In this document: piece by piece, positions 37,201-49,981 of the stretch
How the letters are laid out: every line of letters starts with the position of its first letter
Numbering within the stretch: position 1 is the stretch's first letter
Assembly (NCBI GenBank): GCA_002633005.1
Contig: NMRA01000166.1
Span: 186,001-250,000, forward strand
Reading direction: 5' to 3'
DNA: 64,000 nt
Source: Phoronis australis
Lineage: Eukaryota; Animalia; Phoronida
The notes under the pieces: generated by a model
The model's database searches: none
What the model saw: the letters and a program-made list of their open reading frames with translations, nothing else
What the model was told of the DNA's origin: nothing
Position numbers and translations under genes: made by a program

Positions 37201-39388
37201 TGCATGCATTTCATTTAACCCTGAAAACATTCAATGGAATTGATTTGGTTGTTTTCAAGCTTGACTTTTACCTTTAATGATATATTTTAAGCAAAGTTAA
37301 ATTGAAAGACAATTGCTTAGTTTAATGTATGGCTCTAAAATCATATGAAGAGTCTCCATTACTAAAATTTTATTTAGATTATGGTTGTCCAGAATGACAG
37401 CATGGGATGAAATCTACTTGGACTATCGGGGACCTTTTTCCAAGTTCATCAAAATTTTTGTACACATTTTGAATTTTTGTCTTATATTCAAGAATCAAAG
37501 CTACCATTTGCCTAATTTTATACACGACAAATCATTTGAAACTCTGGTCATAATATTTCAGTCCTTACCTGATGAAGTTCAATGTAGTTTATGTTTATTC
37601 TCCTTTCTGTTTATGGTTGCTATAAATTGCCACATCACATGTCCTTTGAAAATTAACACAGCGTAACTAATTCACATCCAGTTAACCATTGTCTACCTAC
37701 TCTATGCAGACTGTTAACTTTTTTCAACTCAGGGTTCCACTTTTGTTGTTAGGGCTTTTGTTAAATGTCTCTAGGTGTAGATAAGGTTGTAAGGTACTTA
37801 GAAATCAGTATTGAGAACTATGAAGGCTGTGCCTAGGATTAATAACCTTACAGCAGCTTGCAGTGATAAGCTGCATAGGTCTGGATTTATGACACTCTGA
37901 GATATTGATTGATTACTATGACGACAACACAACACATTTTGGTTCTGGCTTGGATTTATGAGGAAGTGTTTGTTTGGATGTGATTTTGACTGGACATCAG
38001 AGCAACTTCACTAACAGGTTGTAACATGGCAGATCTTAGTATGGAACAAGACCCCCAATTTAAAATACAAGGGGTACCGGTAGGTAAATTGTCTGTGAAT
38101 GTTATTTGGTCATGCGGTGGTTTATTCTGACATTTACCTGTCTGAGTGATTGATGTGCACATCTTAAAAACATTTTGAATTTAATGGGTCATTATTGATT
38201 GAATACAACATGCTAAACGTGACTTATCAGTGAAATTTGAAGCTATTTTTTACTTCCCACCTGAATAATTTAATGTTTGAAGTAATCGTTGATTTAAATC
38301 TGACAACAAGAATGCGTTGGTCTGCGAACCTTTCTTAGTTGATGAACTGTCTGAATCATTGCGATTTGAGTGGATTGTTACTAACTGACTAGAACTTTAC
38401 TAACTAACTTAGATGGCTGGTATGGCAGACACTTTGGATGACGTCAGTGGTAAAAGTGTGAGGGATAACTTTTTCGCCTCACAAGCTGCGGGGCGTACAG
38501 TAAGTTAGCAAGACCACTGCATGAAATGAAGAATTTGAGCTGCATGGTGTGCACTGTGTGAAGGTGTATTTATAATTTTGTCTTATTAGCAACGCCGTTG
38601 TTAAGAGCACATCCTTGGTGTTGGTGCGTGAATTCTGGCCACTTATAGACTATATGTTTTGATGTATTGGTACATTATTTACCTATGGAATGCTGCGTAT
38701 TTATAATTATATACCTTCATTCAATATGGTAATCATCTGAAGACTTACCACACAGATTGGCATTACTGGTTATCAATATTACTTCTCCTGGTGAAAAGTG
38801 ACCCAGACAAAAATGTTTGCTTCTGCTTCTATGTACTTCTGCACTTTGCAATCATTTTATTATTAGCAATACCTAAAGCATTACATTGATGTGCAAAATT
38901 AAGTGTGGTTGGCATGTTAAGTATCAAATTATTTCAGCTTTCGCTACAATTTGAGGTGATGATAGCCAAAAAGGAAAAGTTGAGCTTGACCTTCAGCAAA
39001 GTTTTCTGACTTCTTATTCATCCATACTGTAATCTGTGTTGAGATGTATTTCAGATAAAATGTACATTGCATGCTGATTGGTGGTTAGTGTTAGACCAGT
39101 GCTCAGTACCATAGGGATTACCCTTCTCTTTCGAACAAAAATGTTTCTTGTGTTTTTTTATTCGATTTTGTTCAATTTTTCAGGAATTACGATCTGTGTA
39201 TATGTCAAACCAAGTCCTTTACAGAATATCAGTCACCCACTTCATCTGTCAGATATAGTTTATTTAAGGCTGCTAAAGAACTCCATTCCATCAGAGAAAA
39301 GACCTATTGATTTAGACCATTTGGNGCCGTAGGGTGTCTGAAACTTCCGTGAACTTTCATTGAAAAATGAAATATGGCCAAAACTTAC

Positions 39389-39496
39389 CTTAATCTTTTT
39401 AGTATTTGAATTCACTGGTGAAAACAAAAAAGGCACTTTATCATTCTTGACAGTCACGCATCCGCCATCAACCTTGTTACACAGCATCGAAGTCAT
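39389..39496 (-). CDS. FAM228B: Putative first coding exon of the FAM228 gene (MTSMLCNKVDGGCVTVKNDKVPFLFSPVNSNTKKIK)
   Basis: ATG at 39496, strong phase-0 donor aag|gtaagt. With the five downstream exons it gives ~315 aa, close to FAM228B length. Little recognisable homology in this exon; a further exon may be missing at the contig join. Confidence 0.55.
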
Positions 39497-39699
39497 ATTT
39501 CTCTTCACACCGGCAACTGTAAACAGTCACGGCTTCCTCCTCTTTGACAACTTTCTTTGTTGACCTGAACGTTATTACGAGAAAATTTATCCAAATGAAG
39601 TGAAACAGTTCCGATTAAAATAGTAAACGAATGTGTATCACCTAATGGTCATAGTTTCATGAAGCAGTTAAAGTAATCCACAAGTCTTTAATTTATCGG

Positions 39700-39800
39700 A
39701 AATCGATCACAGTCGCACGTTTAACCCTATACTGAAGCACCCCATTCACAGGTTTATTTTGCGGCTTCAGAGCCTAGCAACACCTATTTCCGGTAGGTCA
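39700..39800. promoter_or_regulatory. Candidate (bidirectional) promoter of FAM228/PFN4
   Basis: RFX-like half site cctagcaac (39773-39781), ETS-like atttccgg and a + strand donor ccg|gtaggt, just upstream of the FAM228 first exon. Motif-level evidence only. Confidence 0.3.
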
Positions 39801-40310
39801 ACTCGCAGCTGTCGTTAAGCAAAGTGTGTTTCGAACGATTAATCACGCTATTTAATCTATATAAAATCTATTTTTGTAGGAATTGAAGACTTCACTGAAT
39901 CAAATTAAAAGTCTTGTATGATCTTATATAATATAGACATTGTTGAAAATTCAACTGCGCTCTCAAGAGCTGGCACCCCTCATGTTTGTGTGTATTTCCA
40001 TTGGTGAAGTCCAAATGGACTCGTCCCTTTTCATTTGTTTCCGCTCGTAAGTGAAAGTCGGAAACACTAGGCTGTTGACCCAAACAAATCGATGAGCAAG
40101 TTGTTATCCTTGCGAAAGAATTGAGATAAAATCGTCTTTTATCCCTCGAAGCAATGCTTTCAACGCATAAGCAGGTAACGTCAATTTACAGCCTATAAAA
40201 GTATAAAGTGAAATAAAAATAAAGTTTTTAAAATAGAAAACTGCGGTCATAGGGTCCGCAATTACCATCGGCCCCGGCTCTGACACTGCACTGTCTGCAG
40301 TACAGTAGAC

Positions 40311-40790
40311 AGTGAAGCTCCTATATAGGAAGCTTTTTGGCGAATTATGCTTCACACTGATTAAGAAAATCAGTCACGTTATTATAAGTACCTTTTGTGC
40401 GTAAAGGGACACCTCAGGAAGCCCTCGATGTCTTTAATTCCTTTCAACTCAAACAAATACTCCTGTTATCAAACTTCTTCGAGCAGTCCTTATTCAGTTC
40501 CCAAAATCGGAAACTGGCCATTTTTAACACTGTGCGCGGCAGGTTGTATGACGTCTTATCCTCTGGCGTGCGCAATGTAAAAATGGCCAGTTCTCGATTT
40601 TGGGAATTGAATGAGGGACTGCTCGAAGGAAAGTTAATGTTTGATACCGAGAGTTTTTGTTCGAGTTAGAAGGAATTAAAGACATCGATGGACTAAGATG
40701 TCCCTCTATGCGCAAAATGTGACTTTTGATGTTTTAATCAGTGTGAGGCATAATTCGCCGAAAAGCTTCCGTCGTATGAAGCTCCTACAG
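40311..40790. mobile_element. Foldback MITE (counterpart of 32221-32710)
   Basis: Same long inverted-repeat structure as the copy at 32221. Confidence 0.8.
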
Positions 40791-41597
40791 GGGCCAGCTA
40801 GAGACAGTGGTCACTGTCTAAGTCCATCAAAGATCCATGCAAGAGTGAAATTGGACAGTTGCACCATCTCAACTGCCAGTTGAGACGATGGGAATCCCAT
40901 AGGCTCAACATGCGCTGGAAGCTTTTCAGTGAATTAGGCCTCACACTGTTAAAATCATCATGTTACTAGTGTGACAGGAGCGCCGTCTATTGACGGAGTC
41001 GTGAATTAAGTCGAGTCGTCAGTCAAGACTATGTTTAATTCTAGAAGCTAGAGTGGTTTATTATATTTCAAAGGGGTGTCTGTTGGTGAATCCCCTTATT
41101 TGGTACTTCTGATAATGAAATTTTTAGTTGCATTTTGATTGTCAGACTAAATATTGATTCAGTAATTAGCACAGATAGATCCATTTTAAGTTGCCCAAAA
41201 TTTGTGCATATGCACTTTTAAATTATGGGGTCAAACTTGTTGACATGTATTTTAATGTCAAAATCTATTTTTAGATGGTGTACATTTACTACTTTGGTTC
41301 TGGGGTCAAAGCACTCTAGAGATTCTAGAAATTTCTGAGAGCAAATCGTAACAGCCAATGATATTATTAGATAAGATCATGTGGTTTTTATTAGCCAATC
41401 GCTAAATAAATAGATTATTATAATTTTGGGCTGAAATTAACAGGATATTCAGATGAGCTATAGTAGTTGAAGCTAGAAAACTTGCTACAGTGTACAGAGG
41501 AAATTGTATAGCAGAGCCATCTCGTGGAAGATTCTAAAGACTATCTGGGCAAGGACAAGGGTGAACGAACAGAAAGTTAAGTAAGAGCTTGTCACTT

Positions 41598-41790
41598 GCA
41601 TCGTGGGTAGTAAGATACTGCCTATAGGTGTTGCGTCACGAGGGACTGTGACCAGCGAGAGGAATCGTGGGTAGAAGATACTGCCTGCAGGTGTTGCGTC
41701 ACGAGAGACTGTGACCACCAAGAGGAATAGTGGGTAGAGGATACTGCCTGCACTGAAGTCTTGCGTCACCAGAGACTGTGACCAGCAAGT
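41598..41790 (+). repeat. ~58-bp degenerate tandem repeat, 3 copies
   Basis: gtgggtag.agatactgcct.caggtgttgcgtcacga..gactgtgacca repeated. Confidence 0.8.
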
Positions 41791-42549
41791 ACACTGTCAC
41801 AATACAGTGTGTGTAGTTTGAAGATTCACCAACAGGACTGTCATCCAACAAATGGAGAGTCCTACAGCTTGGATAGCAGATAAGACTTTTGATTATTTTG
41901 GTTGATTGCTTAATAGAAGTAATCCTTTAGGGCACTAGTGTGTTCACTCTACTTCATTCTTTATTTATTTAACAACAGGTTTCGTTTGTTTTATTTAATG
42001 GCTATGATATAATAAATTAATCACTGGATTTAATTATTTTCTCTCCATCTACGCAGAAACAAACCTTCAGTCAATTTCTGACATTGATTGGTTTTTACAT
42101 TTAACTTGAAACCCCTACATTTGCCTATAAAAATGGGCCCCACACGCTCAAACTTTGGATTCTGCCGGGTCTTGATACTATGGGCAATAAATCCCAACCA
42201 AACTAACTAGCATTTTGGATCTTTTTATTCGAATGTTAACGTTTTTCAGTTTATTTTTTCTTGCTTATATATTCTTTGGGGTTATTTGTCAAAGTAGCGA
42301 TGACGACGGGAGCTAGTGATGAGTTGTAAGTTCGTAGATTTGTATTTTATATTTAGTGCGTGATAAACTCAGTATATTTATCTACTTCTCTCTTGTTTCA
42401 CTATAAGTTGCCACCATGGTTCTCTTGTATGCAATACGAATGGGTGAAAAAGTACACAACGTTGCAATTATTTTTATTGGCTATGAACAGTTGATTTTAG
42501 ATGCTAAGTAGATCGGTGCTGGTCGCTCCACCGATTCCCATTACACTAT

Positions 42550-42898
42550 AATTAAGTACCTTTTGTGCACAGAGAGACACCATAGGAGGCTGCTGGTGTA
42601 TTTAATTCCCTTCAACTCGAACAAATACTCCCATAAATTGCAATAGGTGCCCAAATTGGCAACTGGACATTTTGACACTGCTCGTGCTGTGGGAAATGAC
42701 ATCATATACCCTGGCACGAGCTGTGTAAAAATGGCAAGTTTCCGATTTAGGGAACTGAACCAAGGACTACTTCATGAAAGGTTTGATAACGGGAGTATTT
42801 GTTTGAGTTGAAAGGAATTAAAGACATAAACATGACTTTGATGTTTTAATCAGTGTGAGGCATGATTCACCAAAAAGCTTCCTATAGGAGCTTCACCA
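42550..42898. mobile_element. Older paralogous copy of the foldback MITE
   Basis: aagtaccttttgtgc...tttaattccc...aaggaattaaagaca...aatcagtgtgaggcat...aagcttcctataggagcttcac; outer left arm missing. Confidence 0.7.
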
Positions 42899-43498
42899 TC
42901 TCTATTGGCCAGCTAGAGATGCTGGTCACTCTTCATACTTTGTCCAGCTCTCTCATTGTCTATGTTCATCTGATAAGCTCAGGTAATCCAGCAATTATGT
43001 TGTAAACAATGCACCTGACAACCTGACACTAACTGATATTTAAAAATACTACTTCCAACTGGCGTTCAACAAATGTCGTGAAGCAGATGTGTTTTGTATG
43101 AAATACTATCACCAAAAAAACTTCGAACTATGAAAAACGGTTGACTTTCAGAGAAATTAGACTTAACTTTCACCTGCTCATTTCTTTGTGTGACTGTAAG
43201 ATGTGACCCCCTTACTATCACAGCATTGTGTACCAACACAATAGGCTTGATTGTCAAGTTTAATCAACTGTGATTCTAGATTAGATCATGATGTTGAAAA
43301 TTTCTTGGTTTTAATAGTCCAGGGGAATATTACATAACAACAAAGAATGAGGTTTTAGTAGATTGAGATTGCAGTTATCTAAAGGTTTTGTCTTGGTGTT
43401 TAAAGCTACTAAGAGAAAGGTGGTCTTTGTATTTTCCCACAATGCCAGCTCCCAGTCTGACTACCCCACAGGAGTGGTGCGCACCTGGCATGTGCAAT

Positions 43499-44633
43499 AG
43501 CGGATTTGCAGCGACGCCATATTGAAATTAGGTTAAAATGGTGCATTGTGGGTGCTGTGGTCAGGATTCCGAAAGCGGCCATAGTAACAAGCATAATACG
43601 CGGTATGAGCGCGAAGAAAACTTACAGCGGATACACTTGTTGTGTTCCTGGCTGCTTCAAAAACAACAAGAGAGATAAAAATCTGAGTTTNNNNNNNNNN
43701 NNNNNNNNNNNNNNNNNNNNNNNNNNNNNNNNNNNNNNNNNNNNNNNNNNNNNNNNNNNNNNNNNNNNNNNNNNNNNNNNNNNNNNNNNNNNNNNNNNNN
43801 NNNNNNNNNNNNNNNNNNNNNNNNNNNNNNNNNNNNNNNNNNNNNNNNNNNNNNNNNNNNNNNNNNNNNNNNNNNNNNNNNNNNNNNNNNNNNNNNNNNN
43901 NNNNNNNNNNNNNNNNNNNNNNNNNNNNNNNNNNNNNNNNNNNNNNNNNNNNNNNNNNNNNNNNNNNNNNNNNNNNNNNNNNNNNNNNNNNNNNNNNNNN
44001 NNNNNNNNNNNNNNNNNNNNNNNNNNNNNNNNNNNNNNNNNNNNNNNNNNNNNNNNNNNNNNNNNNNNNNNNNNNNNNNNNNNNNNNNNNNNNNNNNNNN
44101 NNNNNNNNNNNNNNNNNNNNNNNNNNNNNNNNNNNNNNNNNNNNNNNNNNNNNNNNNNNNNNNNNNNNNNNNNNNNNNNNNNNNNNNNNNNNNNNNNNNN
44201 NNNNNNNNNNNNNNNNNNNNNNNNNNNNNNNNNNNNNNNNNNNNNNNNNNNNNNNNNNNNNNNNNNNNNNNNNNNNNNNNNNNNNNNNNNNNNNNNNNNN
44301 NNNNNNNNNNNNNNNNNNNNNNNNNNNNNNNNNNNNNNNNNNNNNATTTCGAAATCAACGCCGATAACCCCAATACTGAACACGGCGACAGTCGTGCTCT
44401 CGGTCACACGGTCACTGATCATAGCTACGCTGTGTTTACAAACGAGAGAGAGGACTTGCTTGGTATTATAAACCAAAAAATGAAACATGGTTTTTAGTTT
44501 GCAAATCACTCCAAATGCACACACTATCCAGCCTGCTCAAGACATGCCTGACCACAAGCTATCCCATGAGCCTTCACGAAGGAAGTAACTCGCACATGCG
44601 CAATGCGTAGTTCGTCTGCGCTGCAAATCCGCT
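43499..44633 (+). mobile_element. ISL2EU/PHIS-like DNA transposon with THAP ORF, 2-bp AT TSD (contains assembly gap)
   Basis: 15-bp TIR agcggatttgcagcg / cgctgcaaatccgct; AT duplicated (43497-43498, 44634-44635); empty site tgtgcaattagaacac in the other copy (~34371-34386); ORF from 43605 MSAKKTYSGYTCCVPGCFKNNKRDKNLS is a THAP N-terminus. Confidence 0.8.
43691..44345. other. Assembly gap (N run)
   Basis: Continuous n characters. Confidence 1.
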
Positions 44634-47600
44634 ATTAGAACACTCCTGTATCCTGGAGTTTCCCTCAGGGCCGACCCCCTCTCCAACTGCCTCTGGGACA
44701 TCCCCTCCACTGGTCGCGGGTCAGACCATAGTGGGATGGCAGTGTTGAAATGCCTTCTAAAAAGATTCTAAGCAGTCTATCTAGGATCGATCTCAGGACC
44801 ACTGGAATCAGTCAGACTGTTTGTTGGTTATCGTAACCAGGTGGACAAAGAACAATATCCAAGCGGGATTATGAGCTTAGGTTTTTTTGTTTTCCCACAA
44901 GTGGTGATTATGGGCATGATGTCAAATAAGTGCCAAATCTGCTTGTGTATATAAGTACTCTCCCATGTATAGCCATTTTGTGTTAAAACTGCGTATTACT
45001 CCACCTATTTGGGCATATTTATTTTACCTACAATTTTTCTCACAAATAACCCCACCTGCCTCCCTTAATTTCAGTCCACTTAGAATCAAAAACTTCTCTC
45101 CCTAGTGCCCTATCACCAGGTGGGTTAGTAAAAAGCTGTTCAGGAAACGGATCCAGACAGCAATGTACTTTTCTCAAATGTGTGATATATGTCTGATACA
45201 AGTGCACCCTCATTTTTTAGAGTTTTCAACTACAAGCTTTTGGGCTTGTACTGGATTGGATTATGCATAACCAATTTTCATGGTAATTCAGTTGCTAAAA
45301 TTAAGTAGCTATAAAGTGACTAAGTAGGCTGCCTGGGCTTGTGTATCTTGTCCTACATAGTACACTTATCTGGTTGTTCTTAATCCTCTTCTGGCCCAGG
45401 GGAGAACTGCCAATTCTTTGTTATATGAAGGCTCAATATAAGTTAACTTGAAGTGCTGAGTCATTTTATAGACCAGAAAGCCCTTGTTTTTGTTCCAAAT
45501 TGTACCTGAGATGATGAAACAATAGTGGGAGACCCTTTCTGGACTCTAAACATCATATGGTATCCCACCAGCCTTTCAAGTGATAACTTGTATTGTTTAT
45601 TATTCAATGTTTTTCTGTTTATAAAAAATCTATCTACTAGGAGAGTGGACTTGAAAAAAGGACTCCTTTGTAGGGAGCTTCTGTGGAACTTGCATTTTGT
45701 AGGGTTCAGTTCCCTTTTGTGGGTTAATTCTTGTGTTTTTTAACCCATTAAATGTTAACACTGACAAGATGAGATGCCATGTTGTTAAAAGTGAGTACCG
45801 GTAGAGCTCTTGCTATTAAGGTTTTAAAATTATTGATAAAAACCCTTATGTAGATTTTAGTGGTCAGAAAAAGACCTTTTTGTAGAGTTTTGAACCTCCG
45901 AAGTGACCCCTTTTGAAACAACTTGGGGCCACGTGAGGTCTCCCAACTGAGCATGAGAAGTAGGACAAAATCCGCATCTTGTTACGTCCTTCCCCTTAGC
46001 AAGCCAGCTAGCTGTATGAAGACTATCGTCAAAATACAGCTAGGTACCACTGTGTGTTTTTCTTCTATAGACCCCGAAATTGCACTCAGCCAGGGTAGTT
46101 CTGTTCGTCAACTCGCCGTGAAACCTGTATCAACATGTAGAGCTAAACACTGGACAGGGTGCATGCAAAATCTGGGAATTAAACGACACTCACCTTGCCT
46201 GTTCCAACCGTTTAAGTGGAAAACAATCTAATAAATGTCATTTTCTTGTGTAATCCTCCGCCTTTTCTAACAAAGACAAGTTATGTCATTGTTTTGAAAA
46301 CAGTATCCTCGTGACACGTGCACGCGCCATTTCCTAAATTTTTGCAACATCTCTCAGGTGATGATGATAGCTTGGCAGCAGCAAAATTTCTTCTGAAATT
46401 CGTGTTTTTAGTATCACAATTCTAAAAAGTTATAATGAAGCGAAACCAGTTCCGATAATTTGTTGTGACGGGTACGCAACCTCGTGAAAGAAGAACAGTT
46501 GATTGAAGAATCGGCGAAAATAGAAACTGGCCAATTGAGGTGATGCAATATTTCATGGTGTCAAGAGCCGTCGCTAAAGATCGCTCCACAAATTTAGCAG
46601 CAGAATAACGGTAGAACGTCATTTTTTCCAACACCGTTAAATAATTTAGTTTACTCAAGGAAGACTGTAGTTTCTAATTACATTAATTTTGTGTTAGATT
46701 TTATCTTACCACTTTTTTACCCACATCGCCGCAAAGCTGTATATTTATATATGTATACAGCTTTGTACCAAGGCTACCCTCCCCTTTGAACTTTAGCTTT
46801 GCATAAGGAAAACCATCATTCAGTGTTGCAAACCCTCCTGCTAATAATGGCTGTGCAATATGAGACTAGCTCCAAGGGAAAGGGGACAGAAATCCATCTT
46901 GCTTCTTATCTTGGAAAAAGGTCTGTTCATATGGATTGTGTTACTGTAGCCCACGTATCATTTCTGTTAAAGCTGCCTGAACATCAAGTATCATGAACAT
47001 AAAAGTAACTTTGGTTAACTACACAACACTTGCCCTTGTTAACAATCTATTCCATTCCATTCCTTTGTATCCTCAGAACAAAGTTTGATGCTCAGCAGAA
47101 CATTGCATAATGAAACATGTGCTACCAAAGTACAGCCAATAGTAACTTTAATTACAAAATCTACTGCTCATGAGTCATGACACAACCAGTTTATTTCTTA
47201 TGCTGCCATGCTTGCAGTACATGAATATGGTGATCTTCGCAGGCCAGCTGAGCTCTGTATGAACCACTTAAGTCAGTTTCTATACCTTGTAAAGAACAAG
47301 TTTAGAATTCACAAGTCCGTGTTTTTGACTGTGACGAGGGAACATTTGCTTTTTAGATTTACAGATCAAATTTCATCTCAAGATTTTCTTACGAGGAAAA
47401 AATAATAAGAAATTTAAAATAAAATTAACTAAAGCCTTCACAAAAACTGGAAGACTTTTCACATTTCAACATGTTTTTGCTCCTTCAAACAACGTCTTAC
47501 AAATTATATTTGTATAAGCGTTTGCACGCATTTCATATAACCCTGAAAACATGCAATGGAATTGATTTGGTTGTTTTCAAGCTTGACTTTTACGTTTAAT

Positions 47601-49692
47601 GATATATTTTAAGCAAAGTTAATTTGAAAGACAATTGCTTAGTTTAATGTATGGCTCTAAAATCATATGAAGAGTCTCCAATACTAAATGTTTATTTAGA
47701 TTATGGTTGTCTAGAATGGCAGCATAGGATGAAATCTACTTGGACTGTCAGGGACCTTTTTCCAAGTTCATCAAAATTTTTGTACACATTTTGAATTGCC
47801 GTCTTATATTCAAGAATCAAAGCTACCATTTGCCTAATTTTATACACGACAAATCATTTGAAACTCTGGTCATAATATTTCAGTCCTTACCTGATGAAGT
47901 TCAATGTAGTTTATGTTTATTCTCCTTTCTGTTTATGGTTGCTATAAATTGCCACATCACATGTCCTTTGAAAATTAACACAGCGTAACTAATTCACATC
48001 CAGTTAACCATTGTCTACCTACTCTATGCAGACTGTTAACTTTTTTCAACTCAGGGTTCCACTTTTGTTGTTAGGGCTTTTGTTAAATGTCTCTAGGTGT
48101 AGATAAGGTTGTAAGGTACTTAGAAATCAGTATTGAGAACTATGAAGGCTGTGCCTAGGATTAATAACCATACAGCAGCTTGCAGTGATAAGCTACATAG
48201 GTCTGGATTTATGACACTCTGAGATATTGATTGATTACTATGACGACAACACAACACATTATGGTTCTGGCTTGGATTTATGAGGAAGTGTTTGTTTGGA
48301 TGTGATTTTGACTGGACATCAGAGCAACTTCACTAACACGTTGTAACATGGCAGATCTTAGTATGGAACAAGACCCCCAATTTAAAATACAAGGGGTACC
48401 GGTAGGTAAATTGTCTGTGAATGTTATTTAGTCATGTGGTGGTTTATTCTGACATTTACCTGTCTGAGTGATTGATGTGCACATCTTAAAAACATTTTGA
48501 ATTTAATGGGTCATTATTGATTGAATATAACATGCTAAACGTGACTTATCAGTGAAATTTGAAGCTATTTTTTACTTCCCACCTGAATAATTTAATGTTT
48601 GAAGTAATCGTTGATTTAAATCTGACAAGAATGCGTTGGCCTGCGAACCTTTCTTAGTTGATGAACTGTCTGAATCATTGCGATTTTAGTGGATTGTTAC
48701 TAACTGACTAGAACTTTACTAACTAACTTAGATGGCTGGTATGGCAGACACTTTGGATGACGTCAGTGGTAAAAGTGTGAGGGATAACTTTTTCGCCTCA
48801 CAAGCTGCGGGGCGTACAGTAAGTCAGCAAGACCACTGCATGAAATGAAGAATTTGAGCTGCATGGTGTGCACTGTGTGAAGGTGTATTTATAATTTTGT
48901 CTTATTAGCAATGCCGTTGTTAAGAGCACATCCTTGGTGTTGGTGCGTGAATTCTGGCCACTATAGACTATATGTTTTGATGTATTGGTACATTATTTAC
49001 CTATGGAATGCTGTGTATTTATAATTATGTACCTTCATTCAGTATGGTAATCATCTGAAGACTTACCACACAGATCGGCATTGCTGGTTATCAATATTAC
49101 TTCTTCTGGTGAAAAGTGACCCAGACAAAAATGCTTGCTTCTGCTTCTATGTACTCCTGCACTTTGCAATCATTTTATTATTAGCAATACCTAAAGCATT
49201 ACATTGATGTGCAAAATTAAGTGTGGTTGGCATGTTAAGTATCAAATTATTTCAGCTTTCGCTACAACTTGAGGTGATGATAGCCAAAAAAGAGAAGTTC
49301 AGCTTGACCTTCAGCAAAGTTTTCTGACTTCTTATTCATCCATACTGTAATCTGTGTTTTGAGATGTATTTCAGATAAAATGTACATTGCATGCTGGTTG
49401 GTGGTTAGTGTTAGACCAGTGCTCAGTACCATAGGGATTACCCTTCTCTTTCGAACAAAAATGTTTCTTGTGTTTTTTTATTCGATTTTGTTCAATTTTT
49501 CAGGAATTACGATCTGTGTAAATGTCAAACTAAGTTCTTTACAGAATATCAGTCACCCACTTCATCTGTCAGATATAGTTTATTTAAGGCTGCTAAAGAA
49601 CTCCCTTCCATCAGAGAAAAGACCTATTGATTTAGACCATTTGGTACACTATATGTAGCTAGTCTTGCCTTTATCACTTGTTCCTTTTAACC

Positions 49693-49981
49693 AGGGGCAT
49701 TTTTCTCACTCGAAGAGACTATTGGCTTTTGTCTCTGCCAAAAGTCAGAAATTTGACTATGAGTAGCCAAAATTGTTTTTTGTCTTTTGCTTTTTTGAAA
49801 TATTTTGTCTTCTGTCTATTTGATCAAGCTATGGATTTTTGCTTTTCACTTCCAAATTGTTGACAGATTTTACGACTTTCAGCCTTATCCCGATTGTCAT
49901 GAAACAGGCTCCAACTATCTGCAGACTGATGTTTGGCCGAAAGTCAAAAGACAAAAGCCAATAGTAGAGAAACAGACCCCT
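49693..49981. mobile_element. MITE with terminal and subterminal inverted repeats
   Basis: agggg...tttctc / gagaaacagacccct termini and ctattggcttttgtct / agacaaaagccaatag. Confidence 0.65.

Larger units (their letters stand above)
31372..39324 (+). repeat. Diverged duplicate of ~39426-49643 (probable uncollapsed alternate haplotype contig)
   Basis: Bounded by 'n' at 31371 and 39325. 31372-33290 aligns by eye to ~39426-41370 and 34215-39324 to ~43333-49643, with SNPs and indels. Confidence 0.9.

Noticed and set aside
43506-44524. Three long ORFs (238-321 aa) in the ORF track
   Set aside because: They are long only because they run through the N gap; only the THAP start at 43605 is meaningful.
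36100-47988. ORFs 'conserved' in two places (36100/46422, 36472/46799, 37385/47740)
   Set aside because: The similarity just reflects the near-identical duplicated haplotype; there are no recognisable domains and the starts are non-ATG.
49504-49642. Possible + strand exon (ITICVNVKLSSLQNISHPLHL...DLDHL)
   Set aside because: Good acceptor but weak donor, no homology recognised and no phase-compatible upstream partner identified.
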